NCBI GenBank assembly: GCA_965261085.1
Contig: OZ253442.1
Location: 1,088,001-1,152,000, forward strand
Length of the DNA: 64,000 bases
Direction of reading: 5' to 3'
Source of the DNA: a bacterium
Lineage (GTDB): Bacteria; UBA8248
The translations under genes and the position numbers were made by a program. Positions 29,566 through 39,001 of this stretch are shown piece after piece; position 1 is the stretch's first letter, and the number at the start of each line of letters is the position of its first letter. Under the pieces are notes generated by a model. That model was not told where the DNA came from. It was given only the letters and a program-made list of their open reading frames with translations, and searched no databases.

Positions 29566-31338
29566 TCATTGCGACAAATGTTCGCCATCTCGGCGTGCAA
29601 GTAGCTGCTTGTCAACATTCTCGGTCGTCACCGGAAGATCATATCGCCACTCGACCAATCTCACGCCATTCGCTTCAAGGATAGCTTTTTTCCGGGCGTC
29701 ACGCGCCTGCGTGGCCAACAAGCCGTCTTGTCCGCCAAAGAGTTCCACGGCTTGAAAATGCTGCTGACCTTGGTATTCGATGGCGATTTTCTCGGATGGC
29801 AGGTAAATATCGACAGATCGCAGACCTAAAGAGCTTGGCCGCCACTGATGGATTGCGTCTGGGTAGCGGCTCCTCACCAGATCGTAAAGTGCCACTTCTG
29901 AGACCCACCCCCTGCCGACTTCAGGTATGCCTCTCATACGACGGAAGGCGTTTTCCGCCGTGACCATCTGTGGAGCGAATGCGTTTTGCAGTGTTGAGAG
30001 AGAAAAACTGCCCAAGTCTGGATGCCAAACAAAAATACGGCCGCGTGGAGCAACCGGATGTCCATAAAGATCAAGTGCCTTGTAGTAATGCCGACGGGTG
30101 GCCGTCCAGTCGGACCTGGGTGGAGTATTCCGAACAAACTCGCTTGGATCGCTTTCGTAGATCAAATTACGATCCTCGAACCCAGGAAACCTACTCGTCA
30201 AGGGACCTGCTTCCGCCAGTTCACGATCAAGGTCCGAGATAAAGTCCTCAAATTCCTCCTCCAAGCGAGACTGGATCGGTGATCTCACTACATGCCGACG
30301 TGCCAAGTAGCGAACATCTTCTCCGCGCAGTATTGTGCCGGTCAGAAAGCGTAGATAGATCACCTCATCAAAAAGGACCTCGCGCTCGGTTCCGGGGATC
30401 GTTTCGAGCAATTCAACAGCATCAAGAAGACGATCTTCTTGGGTGCTTTGCAGAATCACCTGAAAGCGGGGGTCCGGATCCCAAGGCAGGCTTTCGGGAA
30501 TGAGAGGTCCATCTTGCGGTAATTTGATCGATGGCGAGAGCTGCCCACGACGTAAAGTCCAATGGTAGAGGCGTGCGCAAAAATTGTCGTCTGCGATACG
30601 CCGCCAAGGTGATGCGACATCATCGAATTCACGGTCTTTCATGAAACTTCCGTCCTGTTTAATCCAACCTGCGAAGCTTCCCGATTTCAGGGGAACGCCT
30701 AATCCCTCTGAGCCAGTGGACTCAACCAAACGCTCAAAAAACTGCACTCGGGCAGACGAAACACCTACTGATAAAAGAACATCGCCATTCGGTGCGGTTT
30801 GGCGATGGACAGCATCTGCATACTTGACTAGCGTGGCGGAACGTTCTCGTTTCAAAGATCCGCAGGCGAGGAAATGAACTCGGTTCGCAAGGGCGGCGGA
30901 GAAATCTGGATAAGCGAGGGGGGTAGTCGGAGCATTAGGTTTTTTTCGGCTTTTTGGAGGTGCCTCTGGACCATAAGCTTCGAGCTGATGTGCGAAGAAA
31001 TCCGAAAGCGCTTCGTAAAACGCGCGTGCCTCGCTGGCTTCTGGGTTCTTATTGGCCAGTGTGGCGTAGAACTTTGCCTTTGACCGAAGCTCCTTGCGAT
31101 AGAATTCTCGATCATAGCGGTTTCTTAGGCTGTACTCAAAAAAATCAAGCTGCTCTTTGAAATCGTCGAGTGCCGTTAAACCGGCTTTGGCCTTAGGTGG
31201 TCTGGGAAACATTTGGAACCTCATGTTGGCATTTAGCGCAATAAAGATGTCCTTCCCACCGGCTGCCAAGCTCTTCTTTAAGTGCCGAGCGCACCGCAAG
31301 AAGTGCGCAATACTCGTTGATTGGCTATAGCCTCTCAT
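29566..31338 (-). CDS. Large protein with C-terminal PD-(D/E)xK (Vsr/DUF559-like) nuclease domain
   Basis: WVSE, SVDIYLP, IAIEYQGQQHF, RDARKK. Confidence 0.75.
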   Translation of the reverse strand: MRGYSQSTSIAHFLRCARHLKKSLAAGGKDIFIALNANMRFQMFPRPPKAKAGLTALDDFKEQLDFFEYSLRNRYDREFYRKELRSKAKFYATLANKNPEASEARAFYEALSDFFAHQLEAYGPEAPPKSRKKPNAPTTPLAYPDFSAALANRVHFLACGSLKRERSATLVKYADAVHRQTAPNGDVLLSVGVSSARVQFFERLVESTGSEGLGVPLKSGSFAGWIKQDGSFMKDREFDDVASPWRRIADDNFCARLYHWTLRRGQLSPSIKLPQDGPLIPESLPWDPDPRFQVILQSTQEDRLLDAVELLETIPGTEREVLFDEVIYLRFLTGTILRGEDVRYLARRHVVRSPIQSRLEEEFEDFISDLDRELAEAGPLTSRFPGFEDRNLIYESDPSEFVRNTPPRSDWTATRRHYYKALDLYGHPVAPRGRIFVWHPDLGSFSLSTLQNAFAPQMVTAENAFRRMRGIPEVGRGWVSEVALYDLVRSRYPDAIHQWRPSSLGLRSVDIYLPSEKIAIEYQGQQHFQAVELFGGQDGLLATQARDARKKAILEANGVRLVEWRYDLPVTTENVDKQLLARRDGEHLSQ

Positions 31339-31890
31339 TATGCGTTAGGTAGCGAAGCAATACGACGCTGGAACGCCGACACCAAGAAAACATGGCGGCG
31401 CTGAAAGCTGAGCGCTAGGCGCAGAGCAAAAAGCATTGGGAAACCATGTATGCGCTGGAAGGCCAAAACAAAGCGCTTATTCAACTTATCCGCCGCATGT
31501 CCGCGCCGTCAGCACAGCAGGGTGGTGAGGGGTGACTTCGACTGTTATTTCATGATGACGCAAACTATCAGGATATCATCAGTAATATAATCCACGGGTT
31601 ACCTTCGAGCTTTTTTTACTCTTCTCTTAGGGTAGAGATTTACTCCTCAGGACACCCGACGCGGTATGCGGATGCTTCTTTGTTGTCGTGATAGTTGTGA
31701 TCTTGATGTTAGCTGGCAATTCATCAAAACCTTAAACTAGGAAATTCCGTATGTAATGACCATCCAACTCTCTGGATGTCGATTAACGGCTTATCTGTTT
31801 CGTGGCAGCGGCGCGATTGGCGAGTGCAAAATACGCTATTTCCGACTTGCTCGGAGTACATCGCGCCGGAACAGTCAAAAACCTTCGCAC

Positions 31891-32184
31891 TTACGCCAAT
31901 TGACGCGGGTGGATAGCTCGCAAGGCGTCTTCATTGTCCCGTGCCGCAAGTTCGAGCTCGTAACGATCCTGAAGATTCATCCAACTCCTTGCGTCTGTGT
32001 TGAAATAACGGGCCAACCGCAGCGCAGTCTCAGCAGTGATACCCCGGCGCCCACGAACGATTTCGCTGATTCGCACCGGTGATACACCAATCGCCCTGGC
32101 GAGAGCGGCGCAAGACAGCGCGAAAGGCTGCATAAAATCGTGTTTCAAAATTTCGCCGGGGTGAACTGGTTCCAGCTTGCTCAT
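31891..32184 (-). CDS. higA: HigA family antitoxin
   Basis: PVHPGEIL, GRRGITAETALRLARYF, WMNLQ. Confidence 0.93.
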   Translation of the reverse strand: MSKLEPVHPGEILKHDFMQPFALSCAALARAIGVSPVRISEIVRGRRGITAETALRLARYFNTDARSWMNLQDRYELELAARDNEDALRAIHPRQLA

Positions 32185-32206
32185 GGCGCTCCCTCCTTGT
32201 TCGGCG

Positions 32207-32485
32207 TTAGTGATAGTCGACTATTTCGACATCGTAGGCGTCTCCTTCAGAAAACCGGAAACAGAGCCGCCACTGCTCGTTGATCCGGATACTGTACCAA
32301 CCGCGGAGTTCGCCTCGTAGCGCCTCGAGCCGATTCCCTGGTGGCACCCGAAGGAAAGCGAGCGTTGCGGCAGCATCCAACTGCGCGAGTTTACGCCGAG
32401 CGACTCGTTCCACGCTCGCGAAACGGCGCACCCGATAATTATTGGCGAGCCGTTCGGTATCCTTGCAACGGTAGCTTCGAATCAT
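32207..32485 (-). CDS. higB: HigB (RelE/ParE) toxin
   Basis: PPGNRLEALRG, SIRINEQWRLCF, EIVDYH; upstream of higA. Confidence 0.93.
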   Translation of the reverse strand: MIRSYRCKDTERLANNYRVRRFASVERVARRKLAQLDAAATLAFLRVPPGNRLEALRGELRGWYSIRINEQWRLCFRFSEGDAYDVEIVDYH

Positions 32486-32747
32486 CTGTCGCCAGATATG
32501 GCATTTCGATGGGTTGTTGTCAAATAATCCAGTGAATGGGCGTCCAGATAAGCCATACAGAGGAAACTACATCCCCGGGCAAATAAATCAAGCAACAGGC
32601 CCGAGGCTAGACATGGCATTTACAAACCTTTTGGCGAGTTTTTCGCATCCCTTCTCTCCAGAGAGCGTATCATCGCACCATTTGATCCATGGTTTCGAAG
32701 CCGACCCTCTTGAATCGATGAATTTGACTTAAGGTTTTTACTGATTC

Positions 32748-32776
32748 ATGTTCCCCGCCCGCGCGGGGATGAACCG
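32748..32776 (+). CRISPR. Solitary type I-E CRISPR repeat (no array, no cas genes)
   Basis: ATGTTCCCCGCCCGCGCGGGGATGAACCG: 29 nt, TCCCCGC/GCGGGGA stem, ATGAACCG handle. Confidence 0.75.
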
Positions 32777-33179
32777 CCGGACGATGGATGAACCCGGAAA
32801 CCACCCCAGGAGCGCGGAAAGAGGCTGCTTTCGCCGGGACACGACGGCGCATCCGGCATTCCCACCCCCCCGGTTTCCGGTTTCGGGGGAAGACGCACGA
32901 CCCTCATCGCAGGCCTGCGCGCGTCTGTCGTAAAACCGTCGATACTCCGTTTGTTGCCCGGTTGAAACACCCGTACATTCGTATTATATTCGATATTGTA
33001 AGACCGATGGGAGCGCCGGCGGGAAATCCCCGGCGACGATTGCGCGCTCCGCGCCTGGTCCGTGACCGGCGGATGCGCGGCAGCGCTTCCGCGACACGCA
33101 AGGCCGGGAGAACACCTCTTTGGGAATCCGTGCACGAGACAGAAGCCGCACCGGCTGGAGGGCCGTCCTGGAGCCCGGC

Positions 33180-33770
33180 ATGTGGTTGCGCTCGCTGCTC
33201 TTAACGGCTGTCTTCGTCGTTTCGACCTCGGCGCTGGCGTGTATCGTGGGGTTTGCGCGCGACACGACGGGCCATGACTGGCATGCGACCGGCAAGCTCT
33301 TCCTGGCGGAAATCCTCTTAGCGCTCAACTTCGACCCCCGGGCGCAGGTTAAATACCGGACGAGGGAGGGCGCGGAAGTGACTCTCGCCCGCGGTGAGCT
33401 CGCGTTCAGCGGCGAGGCGCTGCTGGCGCGGGACCACCTCCTACGCACGGCGAGGCGAGCCGCCGAACTCGGCGCCTGGTGCGGCATCGGCGGTGCGCTG
33501 GTGTGCCTGGTGCTGGTCCGGCGGCAAGAGGACGAACGCGGCGAGCGGCGCACGTCGCCCGAGCCGCCCCGCAGGAGGCCGGGCTCAGGTGTATCGACGC
33601 CGGTGGCCACGGCGCCTGTTCGCGCACCGGCGGTGCGGCCGCCGGGACCGGATACTCCGCGGCCCCTGAATCCGCAGCCTGCCGGCTCGGACCGCAGGGA
33701 TACGGCCCCGGGCAGGGAAGACGCGGCGGCGCCCGCCCGCCGCGAACGCGGCTACGGGCGCTGGATCTGA
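33180..33770 (+). CDS. TrwB/TraD coupling-protein-like N-terminal membrane region without ATPase domain
   Basis: Two TM segments around DWHATGKL; TGA/ATG-coupled to the relaxase; no Walker A. Confidence 0.55.
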   Translation: MWLRSLLLTAVFVVSTSALACIVGFARDTTGHDWHATGKLFLAEILLALNFDPRAQVKYRTREGAEVTLARGELAFSGEALLARDHLLRTARRAAELGAWCGIGGALVCLVLVRRQEDERGERRTSPEPPRRRPGSGVSTPVATAPVRAPAVRPPGPDTPRPLNPQPAGSDRRDTAPGREDAAAPARRERGYGRWI

Positions 33771-36751
33771 TGGTCGCCTCGATCGGCGCGGTGGCGAGCC
33801 CCTCGCAGGGCGCCGCCTACTACGAACGGGACGGCTACTACGCGAAGGACTCGGCCGAGCACCGGAGGCTGAGCGCCTGGGCCGGCAAGGGCGCCGAAGC
33901 CCTGGGCCTAGAGGGCGCAGTCGATCCGGACGTGTTCCGGGCGGTGCTCGAGGGCCATGTGCCGGACGGCTCCGGGCAACGCCTCGGCCGCAGGACCCGG
34001 GACGGAGAGATTCACCACCGGCCCGGGCGCGACCTCACCTTCTCGGCGCCCAAGTCCGTATCCCTCGTTGCGCTCATCGGCGGCGACGCGCGCATCGTCG
34101 ACGCCCACGAGCGCGCCGTCACGCGGGCGCTCGGGTGGTTCGAGCGAGGCACCGCCGAGACCCGGATGCGGGACCAGGCTACCGGACGGATGGTACGGGC
34201 CGGCGGCCAGAAGGCCGTGATCTCCACGTTCCGGCACGAGACGTCGCGGAACCTCGACCCGGCGCTGCATACCCACTCGGTCATCGCCAACATGTTGCTC
34301 GGCCCGGACGGCAAATGGAGGACGATGGCGAACGAGCGCCTCTATGCTTCCAAGATGCTGCTGGGCGCGCTCTACCGGAGCGAACTCGCAGGTGATCTGG
34401 CGAGGCTCGGGTACCGGATCGAGAAGACCCACGCCGACGGGCGATTCGAGATCGCGGGCGTCTCGCGCGAAATCGTCGAGGCGTTCTCCTCGCGCCGCGC
34501 CGAGATCGAAGCGGCGATGGAAAGCCGGGGCCACGGCGCCACGGCGGAGAACCAGCACCTCGCCCGGCGGGCGGCCCTGATGACCCGTGCGCACAAGCGC
34601 GACGTCGACAAGGAGGCGCTGCGCGGGATCTGGGCAAAACAGGCGTCAGAACTCGGCTTCGACGCGAAAGCGCTCGTCGCCTCGGCCATGGAGCGGGCGT
34701 CGCGCGGCCCGGAGAAAGAGAACTCACGGGAAGCGGGCAGGGACGCTCCGCCCGGGGCGGATCGGCAGGCGTACCTCATCGGGCATCCGTCGCGGACGGG
34801 ACCTGCGAAGGAGGCCGTCGAGTGGGCGATTTCGCATCTCTCGGAGCGTGATGCGGTGTTTGCGAGGAATGGACTGCTCGCCGCAGCGCTCGCCTACAGC
34901 CCCGGCGCCGCGTCCATCGGTGCCATCGAGCGGGTCGTCGAGGGTCTCACGCGCGAGGGCCGCCTGCACGATGCGCCCGTGCTCCCCGGATCGGGTCCGG
35001 GGCAGGCCGGAGGCGGGGGGCTCACCACCGATGTGGCCGTGGCCCGTGAGCGCGAGACGATCGCGCTGATGCGCGCGGGTGCTGCCCGGGGCAAGGCGGC
35101 GATGCGCGGCTGGATGGTGGATCGGCATCTGCGCAATGGGCCGCTCACGGCCGGGCAGAAACGGGCGGTGAAACTCATCCTTTCGGAGAAGGACCGGACC
35201 GTCGGCGTGCAGGGCTACGCCGGCGCCGGCAAGACCCGGATGCTCGATCGCGCGCGAACGATTGCGGGGAAGAAGGGCTGGCGCGTCGCGGGGCTCGCCC
35301 CCTCGGCGTCGGCGGTGCGCACGCTGGAGGCGGAATCGGGGATTAAGAGCGAGACCCTGCAGCGGTTCCTGGCGCGCAACGTCGGGCTGGCCGAAGGCCG
35401 CCTCACGAAAGGGGCCGCCAGAAAGATGCGCGCCGCCTTCGCGAAGACCGTGCTGGTGGTCGACGAGGGCTCGCTGGCGTCCACCGCCCAGGCCCGCGAC
35501 CTGCTCCGGATCGCGGGCGCCCTGCGCATACCGAAGCTCGTTCTCGTCGGGGACGCCAGGCAACTGGAAGCCGTCGACGCCGGCAAACCCTTCGCACAGC
35601 TCCAGGCAGCGGGCATGAAGACCGCGGTGATGGACGAGATCCTGCGCCAGCGCGACCCGGACCTCAAGGCCGCGGTCGAGGCGACTCTCGCGGGCGAGAT
35701 CGGGCGCGCATTTCAAAAACTGGGAGACAACGTCGCTGAAGTAAACCCCAAAAACATCGCGGGCGCCGTGGCGGCAAGGTGGCTGAAACTCTCCCCCGAC
35801 ATGCGCGAGCGCACCGGGGTGATGTCGCCTGGCCATGAACTGCGCGAGGCGATCAACGCCCACATCCGCGAACGCCTGGTCCGCGAGGGCCGCATCGCGG
35901 GTCCTGCGCTCAAGACGCGGAGGCTGGTTTCCAGGGGCTACACGAACGCCGAGAAGGCGTTAGCGGCCAACTACGCGCCCGGCGACGTGGTCGCCTTCCA
36001 CCGGTACTACAAGCGGATCGGGGTCGAAAAGGGCGAGGAGCGGCGCGTCATGGGCGTCGGTCGCGAGCGCGGAACCGTCCGGCTCGAAGGCCCTGAGGGC
36101 TCGAGCGTGGACTGGAAGCCGGCCCGGATCGGCGGGCGGCGGGGCGGGACCGAGGTCTACCGGGCCGAAACCATCGAGCTTCGCGCCGGCGACCGGGTGC
36201 GCTGGACCCGGAACGACAAGGGGCTGGGACTCGTGAACAGCGCCACCGCGGAGGTTTCAGGGGTACGCAACGGGCGGGTGACGTTCATGCTGGAGGAAGG
36301 CCGCAAGCTCGTCCTCACCCGGGGCGACCCGCAACTGCGCCATCTCGATCGCGCCTGGGCCTCGACCGTGCACGCCTTTCAGGGGCGCACGGTGGACAAC
36401 GTCATCGCCGCGATGGAGGCGAACCACCCTCACCTGACCACGGCGAAAGCGTTTTACGTCGAGATATCGCGCGCCCGCGATAGGGCCGAACTCGTCCCTG
36501 ACGACGCGAAGGCGCTCAGGGAACGCCTCGAAACCGTCACCGGCGAGCGCATCTCCGCACTCGAGGGCATTGGTGAATCCGTTCGTCCGGAGCCTGAACT
36601 CGACGTAAAGGCGCCTCTCGAACGCGAAATGCCGGAGCGGGAGCTGGCCGATTCCTCTTCCCCGGGCATGAAAACCGGACGAGAAATGCCGCGCACGAAG
36701 GCGCCCGAACCCGATCGCGGGAAGCGGATCGAGATGGACTTGGGGCTCTGA
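33770..36751 (+). CDS. MOBF (TrwC/TraI-like) relaxase-helicase
   Basis: YYERDGYY, DLTFSAPKSVS, HETSRNLDPALHTH, GYAGAGKT, VDEGS, HAFQGRT. Confidence 0.95.
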   Translation: MVASIGAVASPSQGAAYYERDGYYAKDSAEHRRLSAWAGKGAEALGLEGAVDPDVFRAVLEGHVPDGSGQRLGRRTRDGEIHHRPGRDLTFSAPKSVSLVALIGGDARIVDAHERAVTRALGWFERGTAETRMRDQATGRMVRAGGQKAVISTFRHETSRNLDPALHTHSVIANMLLGPDGKWRTMANERLYASKMLLGALYRSELAGDLARLGYRIEKTHADGRFEIAGVSREIVEAFSSRRAEIEAAMESRGHGATAENQHLARRAALMTRAHKRDVDKEALRGIWAKQASELGFDAKALVASAMERASRGPEKENSREAGRDAPPGADRQAYLIGHPSRTGPAKEAVEWAISHLSERDAVFARNGLLAAALAYSPGAASIGAIERVVEGLTREGRLHDAPVLPGSGPGQAGGGGLTTDVAVARERETIALMRAGAARGKAAMRGWMVDRHLRNGPLTAGQKRAVKLILSEKDRTVGVQGYAGAGKTRMLDRARTIAGKKGWRVAGLAPSASAVRTLEAESGIKSETLQRFLARNVGLAEGRLTKGAARKMRAAFAKTVLVVDEGSLASTAQARDLLRIAGALRIPKLVLVGDARQLEAVDAGKPFAQLQAAGMKTAVMDEILRQRDPDLKAAVEATLAGEIGRAFQKLGDNVAEVNPKNIAGAVAARWLKLSPDMRERTGVMSPGHELREAINAHIRERLVREGRIAGPALKTRRLVSRGYTNAEKALAANYAPGDVVAFHRYYKRIGVEKGEERRVMGVGRERGTVRLEGPEGSSVDWKPARIGGRRGGTEVYRAETIELRAGDRVRWTRNDKGLGLVNSATAEVSGVRNGRVTFMLEEGRKLVLTRGDPQLRHLDRAWASTVHAFQGRTVDNVIAAMEANHPHLTTAKAFYVEISRARDRAELVPDDAKALRERLETVTGERISALEGIGESVRPEPELDVKAPLEREMPERELADSSSPGMKTGREMPRTKAPEPDRGKRIEMDLGL

Positions 36752-36830
36752 ACGCGGCCCGACCGGGCCTGATTCCCACATTCCCTCGAAAAATTCGTAG
36801 CCGATGAACCGGCCAGCGGAACCAACGCAG

Positions 36831-37000
36831 GAGTTACACTCAGATCTTGTGTATGAGTTGAATTGAAGAAGGCAGCGCATCCTGCTGAAACGGGTTTGCC
36901 AAAAGCCTGGTCATTCAGCATACAGGAGATACGCTACCATGAGAAAAGATATGACGATTCCCTTCAGGAATACAGCCTTGCGGGACGAATTGAGCGAATC
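36831..37000 (+). mobile_element. IS256-family left-end remnant
   Basis: Similar to 60475-60640, including the first transposase codons. Confidence 0.85.
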
Positions 37001-37046
37001 AATATTATTTATTTACACAGCCACTCTCAAGGAGTAGTGTCGGAGT

Positions 37047-37745
37047 ATGAACTGGAGAAGATCATGTTCTATTTTTGTTGGCGTTTCTAGCTTTTTGGGT
37101 TTCATTTACGACCTGCCCGGCAGGTGGGAAGACCGTAAAGCATGGAAGGAGATATGGTATTCCATAAAACCCGAATGGAGTTCTTCCGATTTAATTTTGT
37201 TATCTGTCAGTTTCGTACTCCTGCTTTATGGGACTTATCCATTATGGATGAAAATTCTTGGATGGCTATCACGGCTATGGAGAAATGTAAATCCAGATAC
37301 AAAGCCAACTGCCGTCGCGGTGGATACCAAACCTCTCAAATACAACTACACATTGAGCAAAGCGGTTGGTTGGGTGATACCTGCGTTATTGCTAGTCTTG
37401 CTAGCTGTTATTGCACTGAAGCCAACCATGAACTGGATTCAGGAAGAACAAAAACCCATGCAAGTCTCCAATGATTCCCTTAGAACCAGACCGATTTGCG
37501 GTTCCACCTGTACAAACTTTGCCTGGATTGTCGAAGTGTGCAAGCGAGAGGCTGTGAAAATCGGTGGTTTGACAGGTTCGCCTTTGGATTCTGATGCCGG
37601 AAAAGCCACACGCTACTTTCGGGGTTGCCTAATAGACAAGGAGATGAACTGGGAAATATGCAACAAAGGGGGACCCAAATGTATGAGGCTTAGTTATATA
37701 GGACTACATCGTCGAGGCACTGATCTTCCGTCGTTTATTGAGTGA
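37047..37745 (+). CDS. Membrane protein with Cys-rich C-terminal domain
   Basis: Three hydrophobic segments; six Cys in the C-terminal part; low GC. Confidence 0.7.
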   Translation: MNWRRSCSIFVGVSSFLGFIYDLPGRWEDRKAWKEIWYSIKPEWSSSDLILLSVSFVLLLYGTYPLWMKILGWLSRLWRNVNPDTKPTAVAVDTKPLKYNYTLSKAVGWVIPALLLVLLAVIALKPTMNWIQEEQKPMQVSNDSLRTRPICGSTCTNFAWIVEVCKREAVKIGGLTGSPLDSDAGKATRYFRGCLIDKEMNWEICNKGGPKCMRLSYIGLHRRGTDLPSFIE

Positions 37746-37800
37746 CTTGTATTCGAAAAATCAAAGCCATCAAGCTGTGAGTTTCTTGTACTCCCAGGGG

Positions 37801-37852
37801 GAGTTATCCTCAGGTCTTGTGTATGGGCTGAATTGAAGAAGGTGGCGCATAC
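37801..37852 (+). mobile_element. IS256-family left-end stub
   Basis: GAGTTATCCTCAGGTCTTGTGTATGGGCTGAATTGAAGAAGG. Confidence 0.75.
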
Positions 37853-37870
37853 CTGAGTCACCCTGTGCGT

Positions 37871-38257
37871 TCACGCCGGGCCTTCGTCCATGGTCTCGGC
37901 CATCGTCCTGCGGGCCGCGGCAATGAGGTTTTCGAGCTCTTTCCCGCGCCCGGCGTCGAGCAATCGTCCCCGATCCAGGGTCGCCATCATGTAGACCATG
38001 CGGTAGACGGCCTCGATGAGGGCGGCGTGTCCGGACGACAAGGTAACCGCTGGAGGCTCACCGAGCCGCTCCTCGGCGGCGGCGAGCGCGCCGGAGCGGA
38101 CGAGTTCGCCGGCCGCAATGCCGTGCAGCGCGGCGGCCCGCTCAACTAGACTCCACTCCGAACCCGAGAAGCGGACCGAGTGCGGCGCTCGCGGGTCGCT
38201 CGGGTTTTCCGCTAATTTTTTGCCCTTTCCGGGCTGATTCGGATCGTTTCGCGTCAT
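37871..38257 (-). CDS. Ribbon-helix-helix, relaxosome accessory-like protein
   Basis: HSVRFSGSEWSLVERAAA..GELVR; positional counterpart at 53056. Confidence 0.65.
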   Translation of the reverse strand: MTRNDPNQPGKGKKLAENPSDPRAPHSVRFSGSEWSLVERAAALHGIAAGELVRSGALAAAEERLGEPPAVTLSSGHAALIEAVYRMVYMMATLDRGRLLDAGRGKELENLIAAARRTMAETMDEGPA

Positions 38258-39001
38258 CTTTTTCGCTTCCTCAGGACAAGATCGGGCAACGAAACAGACC
38301 GTATCGACCGCCGATGCCGGTTCCCGACACGGCTCGTTTCAGGCGAAACCCAAGCATATCCGGAGCCGTCTACGCTTGATTCAACGTCCCGTGTTCAAGA
38401 CCTTGCAGCCAATTGCGAGAGCGTGCTCCGCCCCGATGCGGCCCCGGCGCACCGCGAAAAGGCCGTCACCGGGAGCATACGAACGTATTACGGACCGTAA
38501 CACATCGTGTTACGAAGCGCCACCAATTGCGACAGGCCCGGTATCCGTGCGCGACATGCGCAACCATGCGCCCTCAGGGATGAGAAAGGGTGTGTATGCT
38601 CTGAGCATACACTCGATCCGCCATAAATCTGACGCCCCGTGTCGCCGACAGGAGACGGGATAGCAGCCCGGTCGTCGTATGCCGGACCCCTGCAGCCCGC
38701 TGCGTTCCGGTGTGATAACAGGAGCCGCCGAAGGGCGTCCAATTGACCTAATCCGAGGGACAGACGATGGGGGAATCGACGCCGGAGAAGATGGCGAGCG
38801 GGAGCCGCCGCGGCGCCTGAGCGGTTGGAGACTCGGTGCAAGAGGGTGTGAGAGCGCTGAAGCTTGCGCCTGGATTCACAAGCGGAGGGCGAACAGGGCG
38901 CTGTAGCTTGCGCTTCTTATCACAAGCAGACGGACGACACGGGAGGCGACGAGCCGCGCCGCCACCGGGCGGGGTGGCGACGCGACTCGTGTGTGTTCGC
39001 C

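Noticed and set aside
32748-32900. CRISPR array
   Set aside because: Only one full repeat; none at the expected ~61-nt period on either side; no cas genes
33479-33769. N-terminal extension of the relaxase in the ORF track
   Set aside because: MOBF relaxases start just before the catalytic tyrosines; the ATG at 33770 overlaps the upstream stop codon
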